NCBI GenBank assembly: GCA_963665115.1
Contig: OY762007.1
Span: forward strand, 1,408,001-1,472,000
Direction of reading: 5' to 3'
Length of the DNA: 64,000 nucleotides
Origin: an uncultured Rivularia sp.
GTDB lineage: Bacteria > Cyanobacteriota > Cyanobacteriia > Cyanobacteriales > Nostocaceae
Of the stretch, positions 22,291 through 32,973 are shown piece after piece. The notes beneath the pieces were generated by a model, which saw only the letters and a list, made by a program, of their open reading frames with translations, ran no database searches and had not been told where the DNA came from. Both the position numbers and the translations under genes were made by a program. The stretch's first letter is position 1; each line of letters opens with the position of its first letter.

Positions 22291-23379
22291 ATGAAACAGC
22301 CCATAGTTGAGCAACCTTCTCAAGCTTCAGATAGACTTTTTTTCTTAGATTTTCTTAAAGCCTTAAGTATTATTGCAGTAGTATCATTTCATGCAATTTT
22401 TCTTCCTCGCACTACTTTTATAACCAGTGCTGGAACTATAGAAACTTTGTTTGCTCCCTTGAGATTCTGCGTTCCAGTTTTTCTAACTATTTCGATGTTC
22501 CTTTTTGAAAGACAAATTGCTAATTCTCCAGAAGAGCCAAAATTACTATTTAAAACACGTTTTAATCGTTTGGGAATTCCTATTTTATTTTGGTTTAGTA
22601 TTGCAGCAGGATTAAAGCTGATCGTTGGGAATTCTATTATAGAAGTTATCGTATCAATTTTCCAAGGAGAAATATTTACGGGTGCTTATTATTTTTTAAT
22701 AATTTTGCAGCTACTATGGAATTTTGTATTAGTTAGAGATTGGATAATTCAAGAAAAAAATATTGTCACCACATTGATTATTCAAGCAGTATGTTTATTG
22801 TTTGTTTATGCTACTATTAGCGGTTTTTTTGTAGATGAAGTTTTACAAGTTTTAGTATTTCTGGAACGTCCCTTAATTATTTATTGGCTTGCTTACATAG
22901 CTTTTGGCGTATATATTTATCAAAATTTTGACCGGATAGAGAGGATATCTCGTTCTTTAAGTAAAACCAATAAAATTTTGCTTTTATGCTTGACTGCGGC
23001 AACAATGATGGCTGAATACAGAGTATTAACTTTCTTTTTAGCAGATTCCTTACGTCCTTTCGATTATGCGGCATTTTCCTGTATCTTGAGCGTACCAACG
23101 ATGTTTATATGTTTTGCATCAGTCAACGAAAAAAGCTTTCCGTCACCAATAGTTAAACTAACAAAACTATTATCAAAATACAGCTTAGGGATATTTTGTA
23201 TAAACGGTATTTTAGCGCAAATATTTTTATCTATAGGTACAAGATTATTTAGTCAGGTAAATTTCAATCTTGCCGAAATACTTGGAATCAAAATTATCGG
23301 TTGGATTGGATTACTTTTATTATCGTTACTATTATCAATTATATTAAAACAATTGGGATTAAAAAAAGTTGTTTGTTAG
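22291..23379 (+). CDS. Acyltransferase family 3 (polysaccharide O-acyltransferase)
   Basis: LDFLKALSIIAVVSFH, RFCVPVFLTIS, LSKYSLGIF; polytopic. Confidence 0.88.
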   Translation: MKQPIVEQPSQASDRLFFLDFLKALSIIAVVSFHAIFLPRTTFITSAGTIETLFAPLRFCVPVFLTISMFLFERQIANSPEEPKLLFKTRFNRLGIPILFWFSIAAGLKLIVGNSIIEVIVSIFQGEIFTGAYYFLIILQLLWNFVLVRDWIIQEKNIVTTLIIQAVCLLFVYATISGFFVDEVLQVLVFLERPLIIYWLAYIAFGVYIYQNFDRIERISRSLSKTNKILLLCLTAATMMAEYRVLTFFLADSLRPFDYAAFSCILSVPTMFICFASVNEKSFPSPIVKLTKLLSKYSLGIFCINGILAQIFLSIGTRLFSQVNFNLAEILGIKIIGWIGLLLLSLLLSIILKQLGLKKVVC

Positions 23380-23422
23380 TAGGGAGTAGAGAAGGAGAAG
23401 GCTCCTAACTCTTAACTCCTTC

Positions 23423-24664
23423 CTAATCCCACTCTAATTTAAGACTTGCATAACCACGGTCTATTAATGTGGGAACACGATTTAATTCTTGGTTGGGAGT
23501 AATTCGTAAATTAGGCAATCTCTGAGATAATACTTCTAAAGTAATACGCGTTTCTCGACGAGCTAAGTCGAAACCCGTACAGTGATGTTTTCCATGACTG
23601 AATGCGAGATGGTTGACCGGAGCGTCTTTGAAACGTTCGATATCAAAGCGTTCGCTATCTTTGAATTGCTCGGAATCCCGGTTTGCTGAACCGAAAAGTA
23701 AAACCACCCGGCTATCTTTTGGTATTGTCGTTCCTGATACACTAACTTCTTGAGTGGTAACTCGAACCATTGATTGAACTGGTGTATCGTATCTCAGGAC
23801 TTCTTCAAGAGCAATGGGAATCAATGATGGATTTTCGTGTAAACTTTGCCATGTTTTCTGATCTTCTACTAACAGTTTGATTGCGGTTTCAATTAAACTT
23901 GCAGTTGTCTTATGTCCGGCTATAATAACTTCACATAAAAGTAAAACTTGTTCCGGTAATGTGAGGTCGCTGCTTTGTAGTTGGCCGATTAAATCGTTGC
24001 TAGGAGTGGAACTTTGTTTTTCGATTAAGCTAGCAAAATAATATTGTAACTCAACAAAGCTTTTAGCACATTCGATTTGACGTTCCGGTGTTAAAGGTGT
24101 TGAAAATAAAGCTGAGGTGCTATTTCCACAATGTTTTACGAATTCCATTTTTTCTAAAGGTACTCCGCACATTGTAAAAATAACTTCGAGGGGTAGTGGA
24201 TGAGCAAATTGCGATACGATTTCTACTTTGCCATCATTAATAAAATTATCTACCAATCTCGACGTAATAGTACGAATGGAGTCTTCTTCTTTGATCAGCC
24301 GCTCTGGTGCGAATGCTTTTGCAAAAGGAGTGCGTAACCGTTTATGTTGTTTCCCATCGCTATTAATTACTGAAACGAAGGGAAATCCTTGATGCATCAC
24401 TTCTATCACTTCTGGAGTTAAATCTCCAGCATTCTGAAGACTCTTAGCTGAAGAATATATTTTAGGATTTTTTAATATATTTAAAACATCTTCGTATCTT
24501 GTTATTACGTAAGCTTTCAATAATTCGCTGTAAAATACTGGTTGCTCATTTCTGGCACGTTGATAAAACGGATAGGGATTTTCAAGTTGTGGATTGGAAA
24601 AAGGTTGATATTCTTCTCCTGCATGAAAAGGGCAAATATTCTTTGTCATTTTATTGGTATCCAT
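23423..24664 (-). CDS. Cytochrome P450 (paralog A)
   Basis: EEVLRYD (ExxR), SANRD, heme motif FSHGKHHCTG; I-helix AGHKTT. Confidence 0.95.
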   Translation of the reverse strand: MDTNKMTKNICPFHAGEEYQPFSNPQLENPYPFYQRARNEQPVFYSELLKAYVITRYEDVLNILKNPKIYSSAKSLQNAGDLTPEVIEVMHQGFPFVSVINSDGKQHKRLRTPFAKAFAPERLIKEEDSIRTITSRLVDNFINDGKVEIVSQFAHPLPLEVIFTMCGVPLEKMEFVKHCGNSTSALFSTPLTPERQIECAKSFVELQYYFASLIEKQSSTPSNDLIGQLQSSDLTLPEQVLLLCEVIIAGHKTTASLIETAIKLLVEDQKTWQSLHENPSLIPIALEEVLRYDTPVQSMVRVTTQEVSVSGTTIPKDSRVVLLFGSANRDSEQFKDSERFDIERFKDAPVNHLAFSHGKHHCTGFDLARRETRITLEVLSQRLPNLRITPNQELNRVPTLIDRGYASLKLEWD

Positions 24665-24752
24665 TGTTCAATAGTATGAAAGTTTATTAATAGTTTTTAG
24701 CGATTCCAGATTCTGCATACCTCTTTAAACTTATAGAGGTGTAAATTTTCAA

Positions 24753-25304
24753 TTATTCATTGACGCTTGAAGATTGTGAAGTTTGAACGTTGATAGAGGT
24801 ATTACCTTTGGCTTTACTTAAACCATGCATCATCATAAAAGCGCCTAAGAGGATAAACACGCTTACAGTTCTCAAACCTATAGTTGCTAAAATTTCCATC
24901 CAAAATACTCCTCCGGGATAACCCTTGGCGGTAACGACAAAGCTTTGGGTAAGACCAAATATGGCAGCAAAAACTTGGATTGTAAGACCTGTGTAGGCAC
25001 TGGGGACAAAAAACCAAAATAATAGTTTAGTCCGTAATTGGGTGAAGCAACCGTAGGGAATAGCCATCCCCACAGCCATAGTCAGCAGTCCTAACATTAC
25101 GCCCAAAGTATGAGCAGAAAGTCCTCCTCTGGGATTGATATAAAAAGGTATGAACAAAGGTGCAATACAGCCTAATGAAAAAATACTAAAACCATGCCAT
25201 AGAAATCTACGTCGATACTCCCCAATCTCAAGTTGGCTCAATAAATTGGGCGTTGTAGATGATGAATTTATATTATTAGTTTGGTCAAATGTATTAGCTT
25301 GCAT
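24753..25304 (-). CDS. Four-TM membrane protein resembling styrene-oxide isomerase StyC-like family
   Basis: RRFLWHGFSI and NPRGGLSAHTLGVMLGLLTMAVGMAIP resemble StyC helices 1-2 including the His; similarity judged from memory. Confidence 0.5.
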   Translation of the reverse strand: MQANTFDQTNNINSSSTTPNLLSQLEIGEYRRRFLWHGFSIFSLGCIAPLFIPFYINPRGGLSAHTLGVMLGLLTMAVGMAIPYGCFTQLRTKLLFWFFVPSAYTGLTIQVFAAIFGLTQSFVVTAKGYPGGVFWMEILATIGLRTVSVFILLGAFMMMHGLSKAKGNTSINVQTSQSSSVNE

Positions 25305-25354
25305 TTTTTACCTCAAATGATTATTTGTTATTGTTCAATTGTAGAAATCGGAAA

Positions 25355-26377
25355 TTACCCATGCTGACATTCAATAATGGTGCAGGGGGATTGAGTTTTT
25401 ATAATGTTGGTAACTTGTAAACCTGCTTTTTGTGCAAGTTTTACCAACTCATCTTGAGTGCGTACCCACGCCCCTGGATGGGTAATTAACAACTGCAAAT
25501 CTAGAAAGGTTGCAAAAGATGATTCTTGAGAACAAACAATCGGATCTATAATTAATAGTCTGCTATCCTTGGGCATCGCCTGTTTACAGTTGCATAAAAT
25601 TTTTATGGCTTGTTCGTCGTTCCAATTGTGGATAATTTGCTTGAGAACATAAATATTCCCTCCCGTGGGTACGGAAGTAAAAAAGTCTCCCTCAACCATC
25701 TCATAGCTTTTATGACTACTGGCTTGATTCCGGGCAATAACTGATGGTAGTTCAAATAAAACACCACTCATGGTAGAGTCAGCTTCTAAAATCGAAACTA
25801 ATAAACTTCCGTCTCCCCCGCCCAAATCAATTATTTTAGACTCGGAGGGGAAATCATAAGCTGCTAAGACAGCACGATTAATAATAGTGGAATAGTTTTT
25901 TAATCCCGCTTTGAAAGTCGCAAACTGTTCTGGATTTTGCTTGAAGTAGTCAGGCAGCGGCATTCCTAATTGAGCGCTTACACCAGAAGCCCCAGTTTTG
26001 AGGGCAGTAAACATACCTCCCCAAGCCTGCCATAACCATTGCTCGCCTTCTAAGATAACCGCATCACGTACCGAATCTGGAAAATCCGATTGCAAATATT
26101 CCGTCATCTGGGTGTTGGCAAAGTATGAAGGAGCGGATTCGGTAAAAATACCGTTACTTGCTAAGGCTCGCAGTATACGATATAGAGATTGGGTTTCGAC
26201 TTCTGTAGATTGGGCTAGCTCATCGATAGCTTTTGCACCATCTTTGAGTAAATCGGCAATGCCAAGTTTAGCGGCAACGTAAATTCCTTGACTAATGTGA
26301 TGACCAGTTAGCATTTGCATTAACTGTTCGGGAAATTGTTTTACGTTTTTGTCATCGCTCGTTTTGAGTGTAAACAT
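25355..26377 (-). CDS. SAM-dependent O-/N-methyltransferase (Methyltransf_2 with dimerisation domain)
   Basis: IYVAAKLGIADLL, IIDLGGGDG, GDFF, LKQIIHNWND. Confidence 0.93.
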   Translation of the reverse strand: MFTLKTSDDKNVKQFPEQLMQMLTGHHISQGIYVAAKLGIADLLKDGAKAIDELAQSTEVETQSLYRILRALASNGIFTESAPSYFANTQMTEYLQSDFPDSVRDAVILEGEQWLWQAWGGMFTALKTGASGVSAQLGMPLPDYFKQNPEQFATFKAGLKNYSTIINRAVLAAYDFPSESKIIDLGGGDGSLLVSILEADSTMSGVLFELPSVIARNQASSHKSYEMVEGDFFTSVPTGGNIYVLKQIIHNWNDEQAIKILCNCKQAMPKDSRLLIIDPIVCSQESSFATFLDLQLLITHPGAWVRTQDELVKLAQKAGLQVTNIIKTQSPCTIIECQHG

Positions 26378-26596
26378 TTTAATTAGTATTTCATAAGTGA
26401 ATTACGACAGATTATGGTTAGCGATATTTAATGTATTCGCGTTTGCCTTACTGGTTTATTTACCGCTTTATATTAGTAGAGGTAGGTTTTTTTATTTATG
26501 CTCCATTTCTATTTGAAATAACTACGATTCTCCGGAGCATCCCAATTGTGGAAAAATGCAAATTTGGGATGCTCCTTGATTCTCTTCAAAGCTGCA

Positions 26597-27844
26597 TTAA
26601 TCCCACTCTAAATTAAGACTTAGATAACCACGATTGGTTAATATTGGCGAATGATGCAATTCTTGGTTAGGAGTAATTCGTAAATTTGGCAATCTTTGAG
26701 ATAGTACTTCCAGAGAAATTCTTACTTCTCTTCGAGCCAGGTTGAAACCCGTACAGTGATGGGTTCCGTGACCAAATGCTAAATGGTCAACCGGAGCATC
26801 TTTGAAACGTTCGATATCGAAGCGATCGCCATTTTCATACTTTTGAGAATCTCGGTTAGCCGAAGCATATTGTATAAGCAAGCGACTATCTTCAGGGATT
26901 GTTACTCCTGAGATGGTGACTTCTTGAGTTGCAACCCGAACCATTGATTGGGCTGGTGAATCGTATCGGAGTACTTCTTCGAGAGCTATAGGAATCATTG
27001 ATGGGTTTTGATGTAAGCTTTGCCATGTATCTGGATTATCTAAAAGTAATTTCAAAGCTTTACTCATTAAATTTGCACTGGTTTTATGTCCGGCTATAAT
27101 CATTTCACATAACAGTAAACCGATTTCCATTGCTGTCAGTTCGCTTGTTAGTAATTCACTAATTAAGTCGTCACCGGGAGCCGAACGTCGTTTTTCGACT
27201 AAACTTACTATGTAATGCTGTAAAGTAACAAAACTTCTAGCGCATTCTATTTGACGTTCTGGTGTTAATTTTGACGAGAAGAACAGCCCTACATCATTAC
27301 CACTCTTTTTTACCTGTTCCATCTTTTCTAAAGGTATCCCATACATACTTAAGATGACTTCGAGGGGTAATGGATGACCAAATTTTGATACAATTTCTAC
27401 ACTGCCATCATTAATAAAATTATCTACTAATCTATTCGCGATCGCATAAATTGAATCTTCTTTTTTAGCTAAGTTCTCTGGTGCAAATACTTTGAGAAAA
27501 GGGGCACGCAAACGTCTATGTTGTTCGCCATCACTATTAATTAAAGATGTAAAAGGAAAGCCTTCTTCTAATACTTTTTGGGTTTCTGGAGTCACATTTT
27601 GAGCGGTTTGCAGACTTTTCGCTGATGAAAATACTGTAGGACTTTTAAGGATATGTAATACATCTTCGTACCGTGTAATTACATAAGCATCTACCACCGG
27701 GCTATAAAATACAGGTTGTTCATTTCTGGCTCTTTGTAAAAATGGGTAAGGATTTTCAAGTTGCTCCCCAACAAAAGGTTGAAATTCTTTTCCATGAAAC
27801 GGACAAGCACTAGTCGCAGATTGTGTCTTATTTTGTTCAATCAT
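26597..27844 (-). CDS. Cytochrome P450 (paralog B, close to 23423..24664)
   Basis: EEVLRYD, FGHGTHHCTG, I-helix AGHKTS; long near-identical blocks with paralog A. Confidence 0.95.
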   Translation of the reverse strand: MIEQNKTQSATSACPFHGKEFQPFVGEQLENPYPFLQRARNEQPVFYSPVVDAYVITRYEDVLHILKSPTVFSSAKSLQTAQNVTPETQKVLEEGFPFTSLINSDGEQHRRLRAPFLKVFAPENLAKKEDSIYAIANRLVDNFINDGSVEIVSKFGHPLPLEVILSMYGIPLEKMEQVKKSGNDVGLFFSSKLTPERQIECARSFVTLQHYIVSLVEKRRSAPGDDLISELLTSELTAMEIGLLLCEMIIAGHKTSANLMSKALKLLLDNPDTWQSLHQNPSMIPIALEEVLRYDSPAQSMVRVATQEVTISGVTIPEDSRLLIQYASANRDSQKYENGDRFDIERFKDAPVDHLAFGHGTHHCTGFNLARREVRISLEVLSQRLPNLRITPNQELHHSPILTNRGYLSLNLEWD

Positions 27845-27924
27845 TTCTATTTATTGGTAGTTGGTAATTGGTCAAAGGTCACAAATATTAACTAACTATC
27901 TGTAATTCTGTTCTTAATTAATCT

Positions 27925-27953
27925 ATAGGGGTGAGAAAATTTATTTATGCAAT
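27925..27953 (-). promoter_or_regulatory. Shared upstream motif TTGCATAA-N16-CTAT
   Basis: ATTGCATAAATAAATTTTCTCACCCCTAT, ~80 bp upstream of P450 paralog B. Confidence 0.6.
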
Positions 27954-28100
27954 CAATCTGCTGTAAATTATTCAATTATTTCAACTTCTCCTACAGTTTT
28001 TTCTATTACCACTATTAACTAAAAATCCCTACATCTTTATTAGACAACGGAGGGGGTAGAAATCCAATTACCAACTCCCAATGCCCAATCCCCAATTTAT

Positions 28101-29381
28101 TCATACACTATCGTGTCCCCACAAACCTTTTGCATCCCTGGGCGAACTAAAGCCTACTTGTAAATGCTTTGGCCCGTGGAAGACTATATTATTTGCCCAT
28201 TCAATTGATTCTTCTTTCAAAGTCAAATTCGGCAATCGATTTATTAAAGTGTTTAATGCAATGGTGACTTCAGCACGGGCTAAACTTGAACCCAAGCAGA
28301 AATGAATACCGCTTCCGAAACCGCTATGCTTAGTTGCTTCTCGTTGAAAATTTAATTCGTCGGGGTTTTCAAACTGTTCCTCATCTCTATTAGCGGAACC
28401 CAAAATCAAACCAACGCTATCGCCGCGCTTAATTATCTTCCCGTCAATTTCAAAATCTTCATAAGCCCAACGACTAACCATTTGCACCGGGGAATCATAT
28501 CGAACCAACTCTTCTACTGCTGCGGGAATTAATTCGGGGTGCGATCGCAACAGTTTCAACTGCTTGGGATGACGCAATAGAGCCAATATTCCCTTACTTA
28601 TCAAATTAACTGTAGTTTCGTGACCTGCTGTTAATAAGTGTATGCAGGTAGCTAATATTTCCTCGTCATTTAATTTATTTCCTTCATCTCTTGCCTTAAC
28701 TAAAGCTGTAATTAAATCCTTTCCCGGCTCAACGTGTCTTTTAGCAATTTCCTTTTTGAAATATTCAATAAATCCTTGAGTTGCTGCTTCAGCTTGTTCG
28801 TACACTTCCGGGGATGGTGTCAAACGACTGGCGCTAGCGTGTTGTAGAGCTAAGGCCCATTGTCGGAATAGTGGTCTGTCCTTGGGGTCAACACCCAACA
28901 TATCGGCAATTACCATAATCGGTAAAGGGAAAGCAAAATCTTCAACTAAATCCATTTCCCCTTGCAGATGAACTTTATCTAATAGACAATCAGCTATTCC
29001 GATAATGGCAGGCCTCAAATTTTCCACCATCTTGGCAGAAAATACTTTATTAACAATAGTTCTTAATCTTGTATGAGTTGGTGGATCTCGGAACACCATC
29101 CAATTACTCACCATCGAACTAAATCCCCGATAAGCCTTCGGTACGGGTGCCCCTTCACCATCATCTCGTACCTTGCTAGCTTCTCTACCAAACTTCGGAC
29201 TTTCCATTACTTTCATCACATCCCGGTATCGGAATAGATACCAAGCACCATCTAATTTAGGATTTGCAGAAAGCCCCCAATGTACTGGATCTTCTTTTCT
29301 ATAAAGACTGTAATAAGTATAAGGGTCGCTAATTACTTCTTTGACAAATGGATTTAATCTTTCAATTGTAGAAATTGACAT
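28101..29381 (-). CDS. staP: StaP/RebP-like cytochrome P450 (CYP245-type indolocarbazole aryl-aryl coupling)
   Basis: Shares StaP-characteristic segments as recalled: NWMVFRDPP, ALQHAS, EAATQGFIEYF, TCIHLLTAGHETT, VQMVSRWAYED, IVFHGP; heme motif FGSGIHFCLG. Confidence 0.82.
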   Translation of the reverse strand: MSISTIERLNPFVKEVISDPYTYYSLYRKEDPVHWGLSANPKLDGAWYLFRYRDVMKVMESPKFGREASKVRDDGEGAPVPKAYRGFSSMVSNWMVFRDPPTHTRLRTIVNKVFSAKMVENLRPAIIGIADCLLDKVHLQGEMDLVEDFAFPLPIMVIADMLGVDPKDRPLFRQWALALQHASASRLTPSPEVYEQAEAATQGFIEYFKKEIAKRHVEPGKDLITALVKARDEGNKLNDEEILATCIHLLTAGHETTVNLISKGILALLRHPKQLKLLRSHPELIPAAVEELVRYDSPVQMVSRWAYEDFEIDGKIIKRGDSVGLILGSANRDEEQFENPDELNFQREATKHSGFGSGIHFCLGSSLARAEVTIALNTLINRLPNLTLKEESIEWANNIVFHGPKHLQVGFSSPRDAKGLWGHDSV

Positions 29382-29417
29382 TTTTGCTCGCAGAGATTTT
29401 TTATTCCTTATTTATTC

Positions 29418-29448
29418 ATAGGGGGTGAGGGGTTGGAGATTATGCAAT
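29418..29448 (-). promoter_or_regulatory. Shared upstream motif TTGCATAA-N18-CTAT
   Basis: ATTGCATAATCTCCAACCCCTCACCCCCTAT, ~37 bp upstream of the staP-like gene. Confidence 0.6.
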
Positions 29449-29723
29449 TTTTAGTTGGGAGTTAGGAGTTAGGAGTTAGGAGTTAGGTATTAAGAATGAA
29501 AAAATTAGTTTGTAGGTTGGGTTAAAAGCACGAATAATATGTCTGCTCCCACTCAATATTTAACTCACGCTTTTAACCCAACATCCAGATTTTGGTTATA
29601 GATTATGAAGTGGCGATCGCCGCATTATGGTGATGTTGGTTAATTTTATTTTTCGGAGCCAGATGGTAAGTGCGTCTTTAACCCAACTTACTTTCCTATT
29701 TTCTATACAACCTCAAATACAAG

Positions 29724-29748
29724 AGAGACGTAGCAGTGCTACGTCTCT
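29724..29748. repeat. REP-like palindrome AGAGACGTAGCAGTGCTACGTCTCT
   Basis: 12-bp perfect arms; identical copy at 57625-57649. Confidence 0.8.
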
Positions 29749-29821
29749 ACAACATGGTGGGTTATTTACGAATAATTTTATTTCTGTTCCCCGTTCCCTT
29801 TTTCTGTAATTATCATATATG

Positions 29822-31059
29822 CTAAAATTTACCAGATTTGACATTGATGAATAAGCTGAAGATTACGATTGAGATTATACTCACAGCAGCACCGATGAAA
29901 CAAACTGCTGCGATTCCTCCGATACCAAATATGATTCCTGCAAATACCGGGGGCCGATTGCTCTACCAAGTGATTGAGTTGTGACGTTGAGAGACATGAA
30001 ACCAGAACGGTATTCTTGAGGAGCAAGTTTAGCGATGGATGATTGAAGGGTAGGAAATGCTAGAGCTTCAACTAATCCGATGAGTACAGAGGGGATTACC
30101 AACATAGGAATTGAATCAACTGTGGGAATGATGCATAAAGCAACTGCGAAGATGACGAAGGATACTTGAATTAATTTGATTTCAGAAACTTTGTGAGCGA
30201 ATAAGGTGACGAAGAAGGAGAAGACTGCTAAAGATAAAGCGTTTGTCGTTAATACCATTCCAATTACCGCGCTCGTTGCTCCCAGATTCTCTCCTGCGAA
30301 GACTGGAGTGAAGGTATAGAATGCTCCAAATTCAACCATGAATAAGGTAATTACCGCAGAAAACAACAGTAAAACATTTCGATTTTGAATACTTTTAAAT
30401 ATATTTTTAACGTAGCTACCAAGTTGAAATTTCTCAGTATGCTTTTGTGTTTTAGGCAATTTAAGTTTTAAGCCTACTAGTAATGCAACCGGAATAGCTA
30501 ATAATGATAGTGCGAACGGGTATCTCCAATTTAAAGAAGCTAACACTCCTCCTAACATAGGATAAATAGTTGAACCCACACCGATTGCACCTCCATTGAA
30601 AGCCATTGCAGCCGTTAATTTGTTCCCACTATATGAGCTACTAATTATTGAAAGTACCAGAGCCTCTAAAGAAGCACCACCAAGTCCCTGTAAAATTCTC
30701 CATTCTATAAGAGAGCGGAAGTTGGGAGCGAAAGCACATAAAACACCACCCAGAGCAAATACAAGTAAGGAAGGAATCAAAATTTTCTTAAAGCCAAAAC
30801 GGTCAGCTAAAACCCCGAATATTGGTGTTCCAATTGCAACTGGCATTAGATAAGCTGCCATAATCAATCCCGATTGTTGGGGAGAAATATTTAATCCTGT
30901 AGCTATAGTAGAAAGAATTGGACTTATGCTGAACAAAGGCATAATTGCTATCATCGTTATACTGACAACAAATAACAGATTTTTATCTTGAAAAATATTG
31001 CCTTTTGATTGTTCTGCTCTACCTGCTTGAGAATTAATTGGTTTTAATGGTGTAGTCAT
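29822..31059 (-). CDS. MFS transporter (probable exporter), frameshift at C/G run ~29949-29953
   Basis: MFS motif A GVLADRFGFK, WRILQGLG. Another frame supplies the last TMs GPVFAGIIFGIGGIAAVCFIGAAVSIISIVIFSLF...KF* ending at 29822. Confidence 0.9.
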
Positions 31060-31117
31060 TTTCCTTATTTACCTTAGTATTTTTTTCTAATTGATTTGTT
31101 TTTTGCGTTATTAATTC

Positions 31118-31143
31118 ATAGGGAATAAGAAAAATATTTATGC
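31118..31143 (-). promoter_or_regulatory. Shared upstream motif GCATAA-N16-CTAT
   Basis: GCATAAATATTTTTCTTATTCCCTAT, ~59 bp upstream of the MFS gene. Confidence 0.5.
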
Positions 31144-31524
31144 TTTCGATATAGCTTGAGCTAAAATTATTTTTATGCATACACCACCTAATTCTTTACT
31201 CAGTAAAGGTTTTAACTATATATTGCGAAATGTTAATACATCAAGCAGAGTCTTTTAATAAGTAGTTATAAGAATAAAAAAAACTGCGTCTATTTGTTTG
31301 ACGCAGGCTTAAAAATAATATTGGTTTAAAACTTAGTATTCCACCACACTAATTTTAAAGGGTTCGTAGTAGCGTGCCCGCCAGGGCATAGCGCTACTAC
31401 GAACCTAATTTATTGCAATCGGAATTACAGCAAGTGCCATAACACACCCTACTCTAGACGTAATAATCTCTTTTCTTTACACTGATGAGATAAAGAAATA
31501 AATTTTCATTTATAGAGATGATTT

Positions 31525-32385
31525 ATGGTTGCGTCAATTAAACGAGTTGCTTTAGTCGGTGGAACTCATGGTGGGGAACTTACGGGAGTATTTTTAGTTA
31601 ATAAATTTCAACAATCTCCGCAACTGATTCAACGAGATGGGATTGAAACAATTAGTTTAATTGCTAACGAAAAAGCTGTTGCTATAGGGACAAGATATAT
31701 AGATACAGATTTGAATCGAGCTTTCAACCGTCAAGAATTAGAAAATCCCCAATTAACCAATCACGAGCAATCATTAGCCAAAAAAATAACTCGCCGAATT
31801 AAAGAAGAGAAAATTGATTTAATCATTGACTTGCACAGCACAACAGCAAATATGGGATTAACGATAATTTTGCACTCGAATCATCCTTATTTAACCAAAT
31901 TGGCTGCATATCTTACACAAATTAATTCTAAAGTCAGAATATTACAACACACTCTTAATAAAGAATCATCTTACTTGATAAGCTCAGCGGAATTCGGAAT
32001 CACCATCGAAGTGGGAGCAGTTGCCAATGGTTTATTGGATGCAAAATTATTTCAAGAAACCGAGAATTTAGTTCACGCTATTTTAGATTATCTCGAAGCC
32101 GAGAACAAAGGACAACCGTTATCAACTCCCCCCAGTTTTACTAAATATTCTGCCATCGGAACAGTTGATTTTCCCAGAAATGAGCAAGGAGAAATCCAAG
32201 CTATGATTCACCCCCAATTGCAATTTCAAGATTACCAACCTTTACATCCCGGCAATCCAATATTTATTACCTTTGATGGAGAAGAAATTTTTTATCAAGG
32301 AAATGAAACGGTATATCCGGTATTTATCAATGAAGCAGCATATTACGAAAAAGGAACTGCTATGTGTTTGACAGTGAGCAATTAG
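31525..32385 (+). CDS. Aspartoacylase (AstE/AspA family)
   Basis: GGTHGGE, RYIDTDLNRAF, DLHSTT, IEVG, PVFINEAAYYEK. Confidence 0.92.
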   Translation: MVASIKRVALVGGTHGGELTGVFLVNKFQQSPQLIQRDGIETISLIANEKAVAIGTRYIDTDLNRAFNRQELENPQLTNHEQSLAKKITRRIKEEKIDLIIDLHSTTANMGLTIILHSNHPYLTKLAAYLTQINSKVRILQHTLNKESSYLISSAEFGITIEVGAVANGLLDAKLFQETENLVHAILDYLEAENKGQPLSTPPSFTKYSAIGTVDFPRNEQGEIQAMIHPQLQFQDYQPLHPGNPIFITFDGEEIFYQGNETVYPVFINEAAYYEKGTAMCLTVSN

Positions 32386-32480
32386 GAGTTAGGAGTTAAG
32401 AGTTAGGAATTAAGAGTTAGTTTCACCTTGTCCCCCCATCTCCCTCTCTCCCCATCTCCCCATCTCCCCCTCTCCATTAA

Positions 32481-32514
32481 TAAAAAGCGGGTTAAATAAT
32501 CAACCCGCTTTTTA
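32481..32514. terminator. Bidirectional intrinsic terminator
   Basis: taaaaagcgggtt-aaataatc-aacccgcttttta between convergent genes. Confidence 0.75.
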
Positions 32515-32532
32515 ATCATCTGAAATTTAAGT

Positions 32533-32748
32533 TTAAGCAGCAGGAGCGCCTAATTTAGGACCAGTTTCGGCTCCAACAACTCCATCTACCGTTACATTGT
32601 TATCCTTTTGAAATGCTTTGACTGCATTTTCGGTAGCTTCGTCGAAGTTTCCATCAACGTTAAGTTGATATCCTTTTGCAGATAAGTCCTTTTGTAAGCG
32701 TTCTACTTCCGAACCATTCATTCCACGACTTAAAGTTTGTGGTGCCAT
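32533..32748 (-). CDS. Stand-alone peptidoglycan-binding domain protein (PG_binding_1)
   Basis: LSRGMNGSEVERLQKDL, DGNFDEATENAVKAFQ, VDGVVGAET; RBS GGAG. Confidence 0.88.
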   Translation of the reverse strand: MAPQTLSRGMNGSEVERLQKDLSAKGYQLNVDGNFDEATENAVKAFQKDNNVTVDGVVGAETGPKLGAPAA

Positions 32749-32818
32749 TTTTAAATTCTCCTTTTTTAATTAATTGATAGTTAACTGTTTGGGGTTAACT
32801 TGCTGTCTTATTAAATAT

Positions 32819-32848
32819 GTAGGGATGGGGTTATTTGGTTTATGCAAT
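32819..32848 (-). promoter_or_regulatory. Shared upstream motif TTGCATAA-N17-CTAC
   Basis: ATTGCATAAACCAAATAACCCCATCCCTAC, ~71 bp upstream of the PG-binding gene. Confidence 0.5.
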
Positions 32849-32973
32849 TTTGAAATCAATTATCAGTGAGCAGTTAGCAGTGAGCAATTTAAAATAATCT
32901 ATTCTCCCCCCTCTTCCCCCTCTCCCATCATTTATAATTCCACTAACACTTTCATCATGGAGATACAGGTAAA

